Source: Vulcanimicrobiota bacterium (GTDB lineage Bacteria; Vulcanimicrobiota; Vulcanimicrobiia; Eremiobacterales; Eremiobacteraceae). From it: DNA of 64,000 bases. Below, piece after piece: positions 1 to 10,222 of the stretch; within the stretch, counting starts at the first letter, position 1; each line of letters begins with the position of its first letter. Made by a program: the position numbers and the translations under genes. Under the pieces are notes generated by a model. The model saw nothing but the letters and a program-made list of their open reading frames with translations, searched no databases and was not told the DNA's origin. Location of the stretch: positions 2,112,001 through 2,176,000 of the forward strand of contig CAWETU010000001.1 of assembly GCA_963812135.1 (NCBI GenBank), in the 5' to 3' direction.

Positions 1-389
1 CATTGCGCGGCGGCATGGTCGCCAACGTCCAGTATTCGCAAGCGCACAAGAACGGCGTGCTGTTGGCGCCGCGCGCGGCCGTCTATCAGACGCCCGCCGG
101 CTACTCGATGTTCATCATCGACGGCGGCAAGGCGATGGAAGTGGCGGTCGAAGCCGGCCTCCAGAACGATCAGCAGGTCGAAGTGACCGGTCCAGGGCTC
201 AAGCCCGGGGTGCAAGCGATTCTGAACCACTCCGCGCTGTTGCAGCCAGGCGCGCCAGTTCAAGTCTTGCCACCGCCTGGGGCAATGCCGCCGGGCGGCG
301 GTGCGCCGCCTCCAGCAGGCGCGAAACCACCGGCCGGCGCGAAACCGCAAGCCGGCGCTAAGTCTCCATCACCCGGCCCGAAACACTGA
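1..389 (+). CDS. RND efflux periplasmic adaptor (membrane fusion protein), C-terminal part, truncated by the window edge
   Basis: Adaptor C-terminal signature (VLLAPRAAV...VEAGLQND..VEVTGPGLKPG) and a Pro/Gly-rich tail. The TGA overlaps the permease ATG (TGATG). Confidence 0.8.
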   Translation, partial: LRGGMVANVQYSQAHKNGVLLAPRAAVYQTPAGYSMFIIDGGKAMEVAVEAGLQNDQQVEVTGPGLKPGVQAILNHSALLQPGAPVQVLPPPGAMPPGGGAPPPAGAKPPAGAKPQAGAKSPSPGPKH

Positions 390-3300
390 TGTCCGGCAAC
401 ATCTTCATCTCGCGGCCGGTCCTGGCCGGGGTCTGTGCCGCCATCATCCTGCTCGCCGGCGCGATCGCCATCCCGACGCTCCCTATCGCCCAGTTCCCGG
501 CGATCGCACCGCCGGCGATCACCGTGCAATCCGTGTATATCGGCGCGAATGCGAATGCGGTGGAACAGTCCGTCACCAATCCGTTGGAAGAACAGATCAA
601 CGGCGCGGAAGGGCTGCGATACATCTCGTCGTCCAGCGCCGACAATGGTACGAGCGCGATCACCGCGACGTTCTTCTTGGGCCGAGACATCGACAAGGCT
701 CTGCAAGACGTGCAGACGCGCGTCAACGTCGCACAAGGCGTATTGCCGGCGCAGGTCAAGCAGACGGGCATCACCGTCACCAAGAACTCTGGATCCTTTG
801 CCATGGCGATCGCGCTGGTGTCGGACAATCCGAAGTATGATACGCTGTTCCTTAGCAACTATGCGGACCGCTTCATCACCCAAGAGCTTCAGCGGGTCAA
901 GGGCGTCGGCCAAGTCCTCATCTTCGGCGAACGCAAGTACGCGATGCGGCTGTGGCTCGATCCTGCAAAATTGCAGGCGTACGGTCTGACGGCCGACGAC
1001 GTCACAAACGCGCTCTCGCAGCAGAACGTCCAAGTCGCTGCGGGTGCGGTCGGCCAGCCGCCCGCTCCGACGGGGCAGGCGTATGAATACAACATACGCG
1101 TAGCGGGTCGTCTGACCTCGCCCGCCGAGTTCGCCAACATCGTGGTCAAGACTGGCCCGAGCTACCTGGTCCGCATCCGCGACATCGGCCGAGTCGACCT
1201 CGGCGCCCAAGACTACTCGACCAACTTGGCGTTCAACGGCAAGACCACAACCGTCGGCATGGGCGTGCTCCAACTCAATGACGCCAACACGCTCAACCTC
1301 TCCAAGGGGGTCCGTGCGGCGCTCGATCAGCTTTCGAAGTCGTTCCCGCCAGGCGTGCACTACGAGATCGCCTTCGACACGTCGGTGTTCGTCCAAGAAT
1401 CTATCAAGGAGGTGCTGACGACGTTGGGCTTGGCGATCTGCCTCGTCGTGCTGGTCATCTTCTTGTTCCTTCAGGATTGGCGGGCGACGCTGATCCCGGC
1501 TATCACCATCCCGGTATCCCTGGTCGGCACATTTGCGTTGCTCAAGGCGTTCGGTTTTTCGATCAACACGCTGACGCTCTTCGGCCTTACGCTGGCGACT
1601 GCGCTCGTGGTCGACGATGCGATCGTGGTCATCGAGAACATCGTGCGTTACATGCACGATCATAAGATGGACGCGAAAACAGCCGCTCCGCTCGCGATGG
1701 CTGAGATCACCAGCGCTGTGATCGCGACCTCTCTCGTCTTGCTCGCGGTGTTCATCCCGGTGGCCTTCTTCCCAGGCGTCACCGGAGAGCTCTACAAACA
1801 GTTCGCGCTAACGATCGCGTCGACGATCAGCATCTCGGCGTTCACCGCGTTGACGCTGGCGCCCGCGCTCGCTTCGATCATGCTCGAAGGTGAAGTAACA
1901 CACCATAACCGATTCATGCAGACCGTCGGCGACTTCATCACCGGCATCCGTGAAGGGTACCGGCGGCTGCTCCCGACCGTGCTCGCTCACCGCACCGCGG
2001 TGCTCGTGACATTCGCCGGCCTGTTGGCCGCGACGGTGCTGATGTTCCAAATCGTGCCGAGCGGTTTCGTGCCCAACGAAGACCAGGGGTTCTTCGTGAT
2101 GATCGCACAAGCGCCGCCGGGTGTGTCGCTGCAGTACATGACCAAGATCATGCAGCAGGTGCAGGGGATCGTAGCCTCAGACAAAGACGTCACCAATATC
2201 TTCAGCGTCGCGGGCCTCGGCTTCACCAGCTCCGGCTTCAATTACGGGTCGAATAACGGCATCGCGTTCGCGCTGCTCAAGCCTTGGTCGGAACGCAAGC
2301 GTTCCGACCAGTCGGCAGAGGCGACGGTCGCCAAAGTCGGCGGCGAGCTCTTCGGCGTAACCGGCGCGTTCGTTGGCGCCTTCCAATTCCCGCCTATCCA
2401 AGGCGCTGGCAACATCGGCGGCTTCGACCTCCAAGTCGAGGACAAGACCGGGTTAGGGATCCCCGCGCTCGCGCAGACCGCGGGTCTGCTCGAATATCAC
2501 GCCAACGTCGACCCGGCGCTGAGCACGGTATTCACGACGTTCCGCGACGATAGTCCGCAAGTACAGGTGAACATCGATCGGAACGCCGTGCAGGCGCTGC
2601 ACGTCAACCTCGGCGACGTCTTCGACACGCTGCAGACCATGTTCGGCTCGGACTACGTCAACGATTTCAACTATCTCAATAAGTCGTATCGCGTGTATGT
2701 GCAAGCCGACGCGCCGTACCGCTCACAGATCGCCGATCTGAGCCGGATGTACGTCCGCAATGCCAACGGGGCGATGATCCCCCTGTCTGCGTTCACGACC
2801 ACCGAGCATACGCTTGGCGCCCCGAACATCACGCACTACAACCTCTATCGCTCGATGGATTTCAACGGCCAGCCCAAGCCGGGCGTGTCCTCGGGCCAGG
2901 CGCTTGCCGAAATGCAAAAGGTCACGGCGGCGACGCTGCCGCCGGGTATGGGCTACGAGTGGACGGGCACGTCCCTCGATCAGGTGGAAGCCGGCAGCAC
3001 CACGCTGATCCTCTTCGGGTTGGCCGTCGTCTTCGTGTTCTTGGTGCTGGCGGCTCAGTACGAAAGCTTGGTCGACCCGCTTATCATCATCTTGGCGGTG
3101 CCGTTGGCGATCCTCGGCGCGCTCGGCGCGGTCTGGGTGCGACACACCCTGGTGCAGTTCCACCTGCTCTCGGCCGGAAATGACGTCCAAAACGATATCT
3201 TCTGCCAGATCGGACTGGTGATGCTGGTGGGGCTTGCGAGCAAGAACGCGATTCTGATCGTCCAGTTCGGCAATTTGCTGCGCAAGCAAGGTATGCCGGT

Positions 3301-3565
3301 CGCACAAGCCGCCGTGCAAGCCGCGATGACGCGGCTGCGCCCGATCCTCATGACGTCGTTCGCGTTCATTTTCGGCATCATGCCGCTCGTGTTCGCAAGC
3401 GGCGCCGGCGCGAACGGCCGGCATTCGATCGGCACCGCGGTGGTCGGCGGCATGTTCGTATCGACGCTGCTGAATCTGCTCGTGATCCCGCTGCTGTACA
3501 TCATCATCGCGGGTGCAGAGGAGCGCTGGCGCGAACGGCGTCGCGCGCCGGCGACGGCCGAATAG
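389..3565 (+). CDS. RND efflux permease, AcrB/HAE1 family
   Basis: 1058 aa. FISRPVLA start and proton-relay motifs VVDDAIVVIEN, LASKNAIL, RLRPILMTS. Confidence 0.95.
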   Translation: MSGNIFISRPVLAGVCAAIILLAGAIAIPTLPIAQFPAIAPPAITVQSVYIGANANAVEQSVTNPLEEQINGAEGLRYISSSSADNGTSAITATFFLGRDIDKALQDVQTRVNVAQGVLPAQVKQTGITVTKNSGSFAMAIALVSDNPKYDTLFLSNYADRFITQELQRVKGVGQVLIFGERKYAMRLWLDPAKLQAYGLTADDVTNALSQQNVQVAAGAVGQPPAPTGQAYEYNIRVAGRLTSPAEFANIVVKTGPSYLVRIRDIGRVDLGAQDYSTNLAFNGKTTTVGMGVLQLNDANTLNLSKGVRAALDQLSKSFPPGVHYEIAFDTSVFVQESIKEVLTTLGLAICLVVLVIFLFLQDWRATLIPAITIPVSLVGTFALLKAFGFSINTLTLFGLTLATALVVDDAIVVIENIVRYMHDHKMDAKTAAPLAMAEITSAVIATSLVLLAVFIPVAFFPGVTGELYKQFALTIASTISISAFTALTLAPALASIMLEGEVTHHNRFMQTVGDFITGIREGYRRLLPTVLAHRTAVLVTFAGLLAATVLMFQIVPSGFVPNEDQGFFVMIAQAPPGVSLQYMTKIMQQVQGIVASDKDVTNIFSVAGLGFTSSGFNYGSNNGIAFALLKPWSERKRSDQSAEATVAKVGGELFGVTGAFVGAFQFPPIQGAGNIGGFDLQVEDKTGLGIPALAQTAGLLEYHANVDPALSTVFTTFRDDSPQVQVNIDRNAVQALHVNLGDVFDTLQTMFGSDYVNDFNYLNKSYRVYVQADAPYRSQIADLSRMYVRNANGAMIPLSAFTTTEHTLGAPNITHYNLYRSMDFNGQPKPGVSSGQALAEMQKVTAATLPPGMGYEWTGTSLDQVEAGSTTLILFGLAVVFVFLVLAAQYESLVDPLIIILAVPLAILGALGAVWVRHTLVQFHLLSAGNDVQNDIFCQIGLVMLVGLASKNAILIVQFGNLLRKQGMPVAQAAVQAAMTRLRPILMTSFAFIFGIMPLVFASGAGANGRHSIGTAVVGGMFVSTLLNLLVIPLLYIIIAGAEERWRERRRAPATAE

Positions 3566-3571
3566 ATTTGA

Positions 3572-3596
3572 CGGTCGAATAAATTCGACCGCTACA
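3572..3596 (-). repeat. GTAG-type REP-like palindrome copy
   Basis: + strand CGGTCGAATAAATTCGACCGCTACA: 8-bp stem, GTAG foot on the minus strand. A degenerate copy at 3555-3574 overlaps the permease stop. Confidence 0.9.
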
Positions 3597-3598
3597 CC

Positions 3599-4051
3599 CT
3601 AGGCGAGCCTCTTCCGGAACTTCACCAATCGGTCGACTTCTTCGAAGCCGCAACGCACGTGCGCACGCTGCGCAGCGTCGTCGTGGAGCTCGCTGTCTGA
3701 TGCAAGCTCGGTGAAACCCCGCGCGCGCGACCACTCTTCAGCCGCGCGCATGAGCGCACGTCCGATCCCCTGACCGCGCACCGCTGGTTCGACATACCAC
3801 CCTTCGACATGGGGCACGGGCATCGAGTCGCAGCCATCCGAGAATGCCCGAACTGCGAGCTCGATAAATCCGACGGGCGTGGCCTCGGCGCCTTCGGCCA
3901 GAAAAACGGCGTCCAACGTCGCTACCTTGGTGCCCGCGGCGAAGGCCAGCGCCTCGCTCGTCATCTCGTGCGCGTCGGCATCGGGCCAAAGGCGGGTGCG
4001 CATCGCCGCCCACGCATCGGTATCGCGCGGCTCAGATGGACGAATCAACAT
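3599..4051 (-). CDS. GNAT acetyltransferase, aminoglycoside 6'-N-acetyltransferase AAC(6')-I-like
   Basis: DGCDSMPVPHVEGWYV, RGQGIG acetyl-CoA motif, ELASD, H..CGFEEVDR..FRKRL. Start trimmed to ATG 4051. Confidence 0.8.
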   Translation of the reverse strand: MLIRPSEPRDTDAWAAMRTRLWPDADAHEMTSEALAFAAGTKVATLDAVFLAEGAEATPVGFIELAVRAFSDGCDSMPVPHVEGWYVEPAVRGQGIGRALMRAAEEWSRARGFTELASDSELHDDAAQRAHVRCGFEEVDRLVKFRKRLA

Positions 4052-4119
4052 GTTCGAAAGGGAAAACACCTCCTCCAAGTAACCGCTTGCGAGCGCTCCC
4101 ATGCGAAAGGAAGTGGATC

Positions 4120-4584
4120 TTGGTACTGCGTCACGTCCGTACCGCCCTGATCGCGGCGTTTGCATTCGCGCTCGGCTTCGCGTTCGCGCATCTGCCGCTC
4201 ACCGCGCGCGCCGCCGCCACGCCGCTTCAACCTGCCGCGATCGATCTCATGGCCATCACGCCGGATAGCATGCCGACACCGACTGCGTTGCTGCCTAACC
4301 TTCGGTCGAAGACGCTCGTCGTCACCGAGGGCATGACGGTCGGAGTGCAGATGGGGACGGCTGCCAAACACTATCATGCCGACGCGAACGAAGTGCAGGT
4401 CATCCTCGTCGGCACCGGCACCGAATGGCTCGGCGATCGCCAGGTGGCGCTTAAACCCGGTATGATGCTGGTCATACCAAAAGGGACAAACCACGCGGGC
4501 ATGACCGTGACCTCCGGCCAGCTGACGTTCCTCGCATTCAAGACGCCGCCGCAGGATCCAACCGACGTCCATTTCGTCCCCTGA
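4120..4584 (+). CDS. exported cupin-domain protein
   Basis: Signal peptide; KHYHADANEVQV and IPKGTNH cupin motifs. Probable TTG start after AAGGAAG. Confidence 0.75.
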   Translation: MVLRHVRTALIAAFAFALGFAFAHLPLTARAAATPLQPAAIDLMAITPDSMPTPTALLPNLRSKTLVVTEGMTVGVQMGTAAKHYHADANEVQVILVGTGTEWLGDRQVALKPGMMLVIPKGTNHAGMTVTSGQLTFLAFKTPPQDPTDVHFVP

Positions 4585-4672
4585 AGGGCCGGGGTGAAAT
4601 AGAACCAGCGTCGGTTGCGTTTACGGTAAAGCGGTAGATTCGTCTTTCTTGAAGCGAAAGGAGCGTTGGCGT

Positions 4673-5887
4673 ATGCACGAACGTCGAATTGGCCTGACGG
4701 GCGTCTCAAGCATGGTTCTCATCGCTGCGATCGGGTTGATCGGCGCGGCGGGCCAGGCCCAACTACCGGCCGTACAGAGCGTGCCGACGGCTGTGTCTGC
4801 GCGACTCCATGCCATCGGGCTCGACGCCAACGATCCGAATCTGGGAGCGAAGTTGAAGGCGCATCTCGCACAGACCGAGGCCGTCTATGTCGCGGCGCAT
4901 CGCATTCGGACGTTTTCCGTGCACCCGCTCGGTTTGAGCGGACCGCTAACCACGCAATCAGCCCACGGGGCGACGGGAGGCCAAGCCGGGCCGATGGCGG
5001 TACCTCATCCGCCGGCCGGGTCGATGGCCAACGCGACCGTCACCCAGACCAAGATAATGATGCCGATGTCCGCAACGATCATGTCGATCTACGACGCCCA
5101 AGGTAAGAACCTCGGATCGCCCGCGGAATTCTCGAGCGCCCAAGCGGGCGTCTACTACTTCCTCGTGCGCACCAATCAGCCGATCACTATTCCGGCGACC
5201 ACGATCGGCGGCCCGAATCTGACGCTGGGCTGCACGGTCGCGTATCACACCAGCATCGGCTACCAGTACGTGTTTCCCGGATCGAATGCGGACACGGGAG
5301 CACTGCCCAAAGTGGCGGATGGCGGCGGTTATTATAATTATTGGGTGAAAGACGCGAGTTATTATGGATTTGGCGTCGGTCGCCAGCGCCCGGCGCAAGT
5401 CTCGGTCTCGTTTGCGGGCGTTACGCCGCCTGCGGTGAGCATCCTCATGGATCCCGATGCCTCGTCGGCGACGATCGACGTGACGATCGACGCCACGCCC
5501 AAGATCGCGTCAAACGTCTACAACATCGGTGCAAGCAACGCGACGCTCGGCAGCGCGAGCACGCAACGCGTTGGCACCGGCAATTGGAACACGCAGACAT
5601 CAGGCGATGATCTCATCGGTTTGGGCATCGCGCTCGAGCCAGGGTGGAAGGCCACCGCCTCCATCCTCAGCGCGAACTCCACGACGACGCCGACCGACAT
5701 GTCTCCGGACAACACTTGGCGCGGCGCGACCCTGACGACGGGACCGGGAAGCGACATGCGCACGGCGGTCCACTGGCACTACAGCGGTATCGACTCGTTG
5801 ACGTACACGCTCGAGTGGAAGCTGACCGGCCCGCTCGGCCAGCGACCGATCTCGACACTGCCGACGTACGGGTCGTGCGATAGCTAG
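4673..5887 (+). CDS. secreted hypothetical protein, Ser/Thr/Gly-rich and probably beta-rich
   Basis: AAGGAG RBS, signal peptide, about 404 aa ORF. Confidence 0.7.
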   Translation: MHERRIGLTGVSSMVLIAAIGLIGAAGQAQLPAVQSVPTAVSARLHAIGLDANDPNLGAKLKAHLAQTEAVYVAAHRIRTFSVHPLGLSGPLTTQSAHGATGGQAGPMAVPHPPAGSMANATVTQTKIMMPMSATIMSIYDAQGKNLGSPAEFSSAQAGVYYFLVRTNQPITIPATTIGGPNLTLGCTVAYHTSIGYQYVFPGSNADTGALPKVADGGGYYNYWVKDASYYGFGVGRQRPAQVSVSFAGVTPPAVSILMDPDASSATIDVTIDATPKIASNVYNIGASNATLGSASTQRVGTGNWNTQTSGDDLIGLGIALEPGWKATASILSANSTTTPTDMSPDNTWRGATLTTGPGSDMRTAVHWHYSGIDSLTYTLEWKLTGPLGQRPISTLPTYGSCDS

Positions 5888-6027
5888 CGCTCAAGCGGGG
5901 TTCGGCACGGCTATTTGGTGCCGCTCTCACGTAAATCTCATGGCCGCTTCAAGCGGGTCTCACGCAGCGCGTCGTATACTTGAGGGCAAGAACCGCTCTT
6001 TTCTCGCGAACAGCGGAGTATGTCCAC

Positions 6028-7554
6028 ATGAGTTCACCTGTCGACCAACTCACGGGCACCGGTGCAGAATTTCGCCCTGCCGGCGCGCTAACCGATGTCA
6101 ACCAAGCGCTGGCCCCGTATAGCGGCCCGTGGAACCTTAAGCTCGCAGCCCATCTGTTGCGCCGCGCAGGCTTCGGCGGTTCGCCTGCCGACATCGGCTC
6201 GGTGGCAGCCGCCGGCATGAGCACGTCAGTCGAGCGGCTGATCCACTTCGGGCCTGATTCGCTCCCAACGCACCCCGACGGCGACATCAGCTACGATTTC
6301 TCACCGACGGCAGACAAGCGCCAGCGCCAGCGCTCGTTCTTGGCGACGCAGATGTGGTTCGCTAACCGCTGCCTGCAAACGCCCGATCCGTTGCGCGAAC
6401 GCATGGTCTACTTCTGGAGCAATCACTTCACATCCGGGCTCGGCCAGGACGGCATCATGCCGCAGCAGACGGTCAATCAATATAATCTTTTCAATCGCTA
6501 CGCGTTGGGCAATTATGCCGAGCTGACGCACGAGATCTCCAAAGACGGCGCTATGCTCCTGTACCTCAACAACGCGCAGAACCGTCGCCAGCACCCAAAT
6601 GAGAACTACGCGCGCGAGTTGATGGAACTGTTCACCATGGGGGTGGGCAACTATTCGGAAGAGGACGTGCGCGAAAGCGCGCGCGCGTTCACAGGTTGGA
6701 CGGTCCTGCGCCGCCAGGGCGACGCCATCATGTTCGTGCCGCAGCTGCATGACGACGGCACCAAGACCTTCCTCGGCCGCAGCGGCAACTTTATGGGCGA
6801 CGACATCGTCGACATCATCATGCAGCAACCTGCCACCGCGCGCTTCATGGCGCACAAGTTCGCGCGCGCCTTCATCTATGACAATCCCGAACCCGCGCTC
6901 GTCGACGCGCTGGCCGATCGCTATCGCGCCAGCAACTACGACACCGCCAAGCTGATGGGCCTCATCCTGCGCTCGAACATCTTCTATTCCGATCGCGCCT
7001 ACCGGGCGCTCATGAAGAGCCCGCTCGAGCTGGTCATCGGCGCGCACAAGATGCTCGGCGCGACCCAAGTCGAGCCCGCCGCGCTTGCGGCCATGGCGCG
7101 CATGGGCCAGATCCCGATGCAGCCGCCGAACGTGGCTGGCTGGCCGGGCGGCGCGTTGTGGCTGAACACCGGCACGCTGTTCGCGCGCGTCAACTATCTC
7201 AACCAACTGGCGCTTTCAAAAGGTAGTCCGGCAGCGGCCGCGCCGGCCGGCGGCGACATGATGATGGCGATGGTCGACAATCCGGCCGCTGCGATGAGGA
7301 TGGGGGCGAACATCGGCGATCCGACCCAGTGGATGGCCGGCGTGAGCGCGACCGACCCGAATGCGGTCGCCGACCGCGTGCTCTGGATGTCCGTGCAAGC
7401 CGACGCCACGCCGCAGCAGCGCCAGACGATCTTGAGCTACTTGTCCACCGATGCGTCCGGTGCCATGGCACCGCTGTCGATGGAGAATCTCGACGAAAAA
7501 GTGCGCGGTGCGATGAGCCTCGCGTTCGCCCTTCCCACCTACCAACTCGCCTGA
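6028..7554 (+). CDS. DUF1800 family protein
   Basis: AAHLLRRAGFG, LRERMVYFWSNHF, PNENYARELMELFTMG, PPNVAGWPGG. Confidence 0.9.
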   Translation: MSSPVDQLTGTGAEFRPAGALTDVNQALAPYSGPWNLKLAAHLLRRAGFGGSPADIGSVAAAGMSTSVERLIHFGPDSLPTHPDGDISYDFSPTADKRQRQRSFLATQMWFANRCLQTPDPLRERMVYFWSNHFTSGLGQDGIMPQQTVNQYNLFNRYALGNYAELTHEISKDGAMLLYLNNAQNRRQHPNENYARELMELFTMGVGNYSEEDVRESARAFTGWTVLRRQGDAIMFVPQLHDDGTKTFLGRSGNFMGDDIVDIIMQQPATARFMAHKFARAFIYDNPEPALVDALADRYRASNYDTAKLMGLILRSNIFYSDRAYRALMKSPLELVIGAHKMLGATQVEPAALAAMARMGQIPMQPPNVAGWPGGALWLNTGTLFARVNYLNQLALSKGSPAAAAPAGGDMMMAMVDNPAAAMRMGANIGDPTQWMAGVSATDPNAVADRVLWMSVQADATPQQRQTILSYLSTDASGAMAPLSMENLDEKVRGAMSLAFALPTYQLA

Positions 7555-7569
7555 GGAGACGATCGAATC

Positions 7570-8796
7570 ATGTCCAATAGACGGCAGTTCTTGGTCCAAG
7601 GCATCGGCGGCTTCGCCGGTTTCCTAGCGATCGATTCGATATTCGCGCGAGCGGCGCGTGCGGCAGTGCAGAGTCCGGCGGGCCCGGCCGGCGCGTCGCG
7701 CACGCTCCTGGTCGTGAACTTCCAAGGCGGCAACGACGGCTTGAACACGCTCGTGCCGTACGGCGACCCGACGTACTACAGCGTGCGCCCGACCATCAAT
7801 ATCCCGCAAGACCAAGTCGTGAAGCTCGACAGCATGCTCGGGTTGCACCCGCAGCTCGCCGCACTCAAACCGCTCTACGACCAACAGCGCATCGCGATTC
7901 TGCAAGGCGTGCACTACCCCAATCCGAACCTGTCGCACTTTCGCTCGACCGAGATCTGGCAGACCGCGGCGCCGGAGAAGTATGTCGACACCGGCTGGGC
8001 CGGGCGGTACTTGGACGCGCAAGGGAAAGGCCAGCAGCCCAATCTATTCGCTGGCGTCGCAGTCGGTCCGGTGCTGCCCAAGGTGATGGTGGCCGAGCGC
8101 ACCGACGTACCGACGATCGCCGACCCGCGCGCGTTCAAGTTCAACGGCACGCGCGGCGAGCAAGCCGCAGCAGACAATATCCTCGGTGGCGATGGATACA
8201 AATATCCGTTCCAGAGCCCGTATCTGCAGCTGGTGCAAGACGTCGAGTCACATGCGCATGCGGCGGCGAACGAGTTGCCGCACTTGGTGTCGGGTTACAA
8301 ATCCGCGGTCGAGTATCCGAAGACGCCGTTCGCGCAAGGCTTGAATCTCATCGCCGGCGTGGTCAACGCGAACGTCGGCACGAAGGTCTTCTACATCAGC
8401 CTGGGCAGCTTCGACACGCACGTCGGGCAGCGCAACCAGCAGGACCGCTTGCTCGACCAGTTCTCCGCCGGCATCGCCGCGTTCTATCAGGACCTGGCTG
8501 CGCATAACGCCGATTCGAACGTGCTCACGATGACGTTCTCCGAGTTCGGCCGGCGCGTGCAAGAAAATGCCAATCGCGGCACGGATCACGGCACAGCAGC
8601 GCCGATGTTCCTCATCGGGGGCAACGCCAAGGGTGGGATCTACGGCGATCACCCCAGCCTGACGGATCTCGATTATGGGAACCTCAAGTGGCATACCGAC
8701 TTCCGTTCGGTGTATGCCACGATCCTCGAGCGTTGGCTAGGCATCGGATCGGTGCCGATCCTCGGTTCGCAATTCGAGACGCTAACGGTAGTCTAG
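7570..8796 (+). CDS. DUF1501 family protein with Tat signal
   Basis: RRQFL; GGNDGLN, SHFRS, FDTH, SEFGRR, GTDHG, DFRSVY. Confidence 0.92.
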   Translation: MSNRRQFLVQGIGGFAGFLAIDSIFARAARAAVQSPAGPAGASRTLLVVNFQGGNDGLNTLVPYGDPTYYSVRPTINIPQDQVVKLDSMLGLHPQLAALKPLYDQQRIAILQGVHYPNPNLSHFRSTEIWQTAAPEKYVDTGWAGRYLDAQGKGQQPNLFAGVAVGPVLPKVMVAERTDVPTIADPRAFKFNGTRGEQAAADNILGGDGYKYPFQSPYLQLVQDVESHAHAAANELPHLVSGYKSAVEYPKTPFAQGLNLIAGVVNANVGTKVFYISLGSFDTHVGQRNQQDRLLDQFSAGIAAFYQDLAAHNADSNVLTMTFSEFGRRVQENANRGTDHGTAAPMFLIGGNAKGGIYGDHPSLTDLDYGNLKWHTDFRSVYATILERWLGIGSVPILGSQFETLTVV

Positions 8797-8846
8797 TTCG
8801 TCCCGGCGTGAGCACACCAAGACACGGCTAAGGAGAATCTAGACCT

Positions 8847-9200
8847 ATGGAACGCAAGCAGTTCTTCGTTTTCGCCGCTTCTGCAGGCGCCGCGCTCGCC
8901 GCCACCGGTATCGCCGCCGGCGCCGCCGATTCGAACAATCCATCGGGTTGCGGTCCGGCGCCGATGCCGCGCCCGTCGGGCGCCACGCCGCATCCGCACG
9001 TGCCTCACCCCAAGGCCAGCGAGATCGACAGCGCGTACCGGCATGTCGCGCGCTTGGTCGAGATGCTCGGCAAAGACCCAAATGACTACGGCGGTCACCG
9101 CGTCACTGCGCTTCAGTATCTCACGCAGGCCGAGTCGGAATTGCAAGCAGCCGTCGCATACGAGCAGGCGCATCCGACCGTCACAAGTTCGCCGCTCTAA
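8847..9200 (+). CDS. small exported helical protein with Tat-like signal and DYGGHR motif
   Basis: AAGGAG RBS, ERKQFF Tat-like N-terminus, Pro/His linker. Confidence 0.7.
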   Translation: MERKQFFVFAASAGAALAATGIAAGAADSNNPSGCGPAPMPRPSGATPHPHVPHPKASEIDSAYRHVARLVEMLGKDPNDYGGHRVTALQYLTQAESELQAAVAYEQAHPTVTSSPL

Positions 9201-9626
9201 CTAACTGATTCGGCCTTCCTGCACGTCGAGCAGGTCCGTCCAACCCTTCACTTTGGGTTGGATCGCAGGCGGCAGTTTTGCGCGGCGCTCCGCGAAACGA
9301 GCGCGGTCCGCATCGTCGTCGCCATCATTGGTGAAGTCGCGTGCGAACGCGTCGACGCGCGCGGGCGACAAGTCCGCCACGCGATTTTGCAGCCAACGCA
9401 CCATTGCGGCATCGTCAGGCGATGAGCGCACGCCCTCGAGGAACTCCTCGGGGGTGAGGCCGAGAAACTCGAGCAACGCCATATCGAAGCTGCTCTTGGG
9501 ACCGTAGATGTATTCGCCCAGTGTCCCGGCGAGCGCGGCGCGTGCTTTGTCGATCGTGCGCGGCAGCATGGGGATGCCGATCAGGCGGTCGTTGGGGCTT
9601 CGCGGTATTTCCCGTGTCAGATCCAC
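9201..9626 (-). CDS. DUF5069 domain protein
   Basis: DLTREIPRSP...LPRTIDKARA.LAGTLGEY and DLLD.EGR C-terminus. Confidence 0.8.
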   Translation of the reverse strand: MDLTREIPRSPNDRLIGIPMLPRTIDKARAALAGTLGEYIYGPKSSFDMALLEFLGLTPEEFLEGVRSSPDDAAMVRWLQNRVADLSPARVDAFARDFTNDGDDDADRARFAERRAKLPPAIQPKVKGWTDLLDVQEGRIS

Positions 9627-9635
9627 AAAATTACC

Positions 9636-10181
9636 CTAGTTCTTCTTCGGGGCCGGCTCTTCGAAGAGCATGCGCGCGGGCATCGCGAATCCTGGCAGGC
9701 TTTCATGCTCGATGACGGAGTCAAAGTCGAAGACTCGTTGTCCGCCGCCGTCATGAACGGTCACGGTCCTCTGGCGAGTGTTTACCTCGAATACCGCTGC
9801 GGTGCCGCAGGTCAGGTAGACGCGGGTTTTCTCTCGCAAGTCCCGTTTGCGATCGCCCGGCGAGAGAACCTCGACGACGACATCCGGTGCGATACGCGGG
9901 ATATCCGCGACATCATCCGCAGCGCCATAGGGTAATCGCTCGTATGAGATGTAGGCGACGTCAGGAACAAGTGGACGGCGGACTTCACCAGGCGGTTGGA
10001 GTCGAAACTCCCACTCTGGACCGACTCTGCCGCGACCTTGCTCGCGCGCCCACCTGAACAGTTCAGATGTGAAAACCCCCTGAGCCAGCGCATGTCTGCG
10101 CTGCGGGCTCATCTTTTTGAGGATCCGCCCGTTGACCCATTCCAACGCCGGTTTTGTCTCAGGCAAGACGATTTCGCGCAT
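9636..10181 (-). CDS. Uma2 family endonuclease
   Basis: EWVNG...MSP..H, PDVAY, PDVVVEVLSPGD, K..Y motifs. Confidence 0.9.
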   Translation of the reverse strand: MREIVLPETKPALEWVNGRILKKMSPQRRHALAQGVFTSELFRWAREQGRGRVGPEWEFRLQPPGEVRRPLVPDVAYISYERLPYGAADDVADIPRIAPDVVVEVLSPGDRKRDLREKTRVYLTCGTAAVFEVNTRQRTVTVHDGGGQRVFDFDSVIEHESLPGFAMPARMLFEEPAPKKN

Positions 10182-10190
10182 TTCACCGAT

Positions 10191-10199
10191 AGTATATCA
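10191..10199 (-). promoter_or_regulatory. putative extended -10 promoter (TGATATACT) for the Uma2 gene
   Basis: TGn-TATACT about 9 nt upstream of ATG 10181 on the minus strand. Confidence 0.45.
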
Positions 10200-10222
10200 C
10201 GCGCGGAGTCGAGACGACTAGC

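Noticed and set aside
9636..10181. Uma2 nuclease as the REP-mobilising enzyme
   Set aside because: It has a PD-(D/E)XK fold with no HUH/Y1 motif, and adjacency to one of 11 REP loci is unremarkable. No RAYT was seen in the window.
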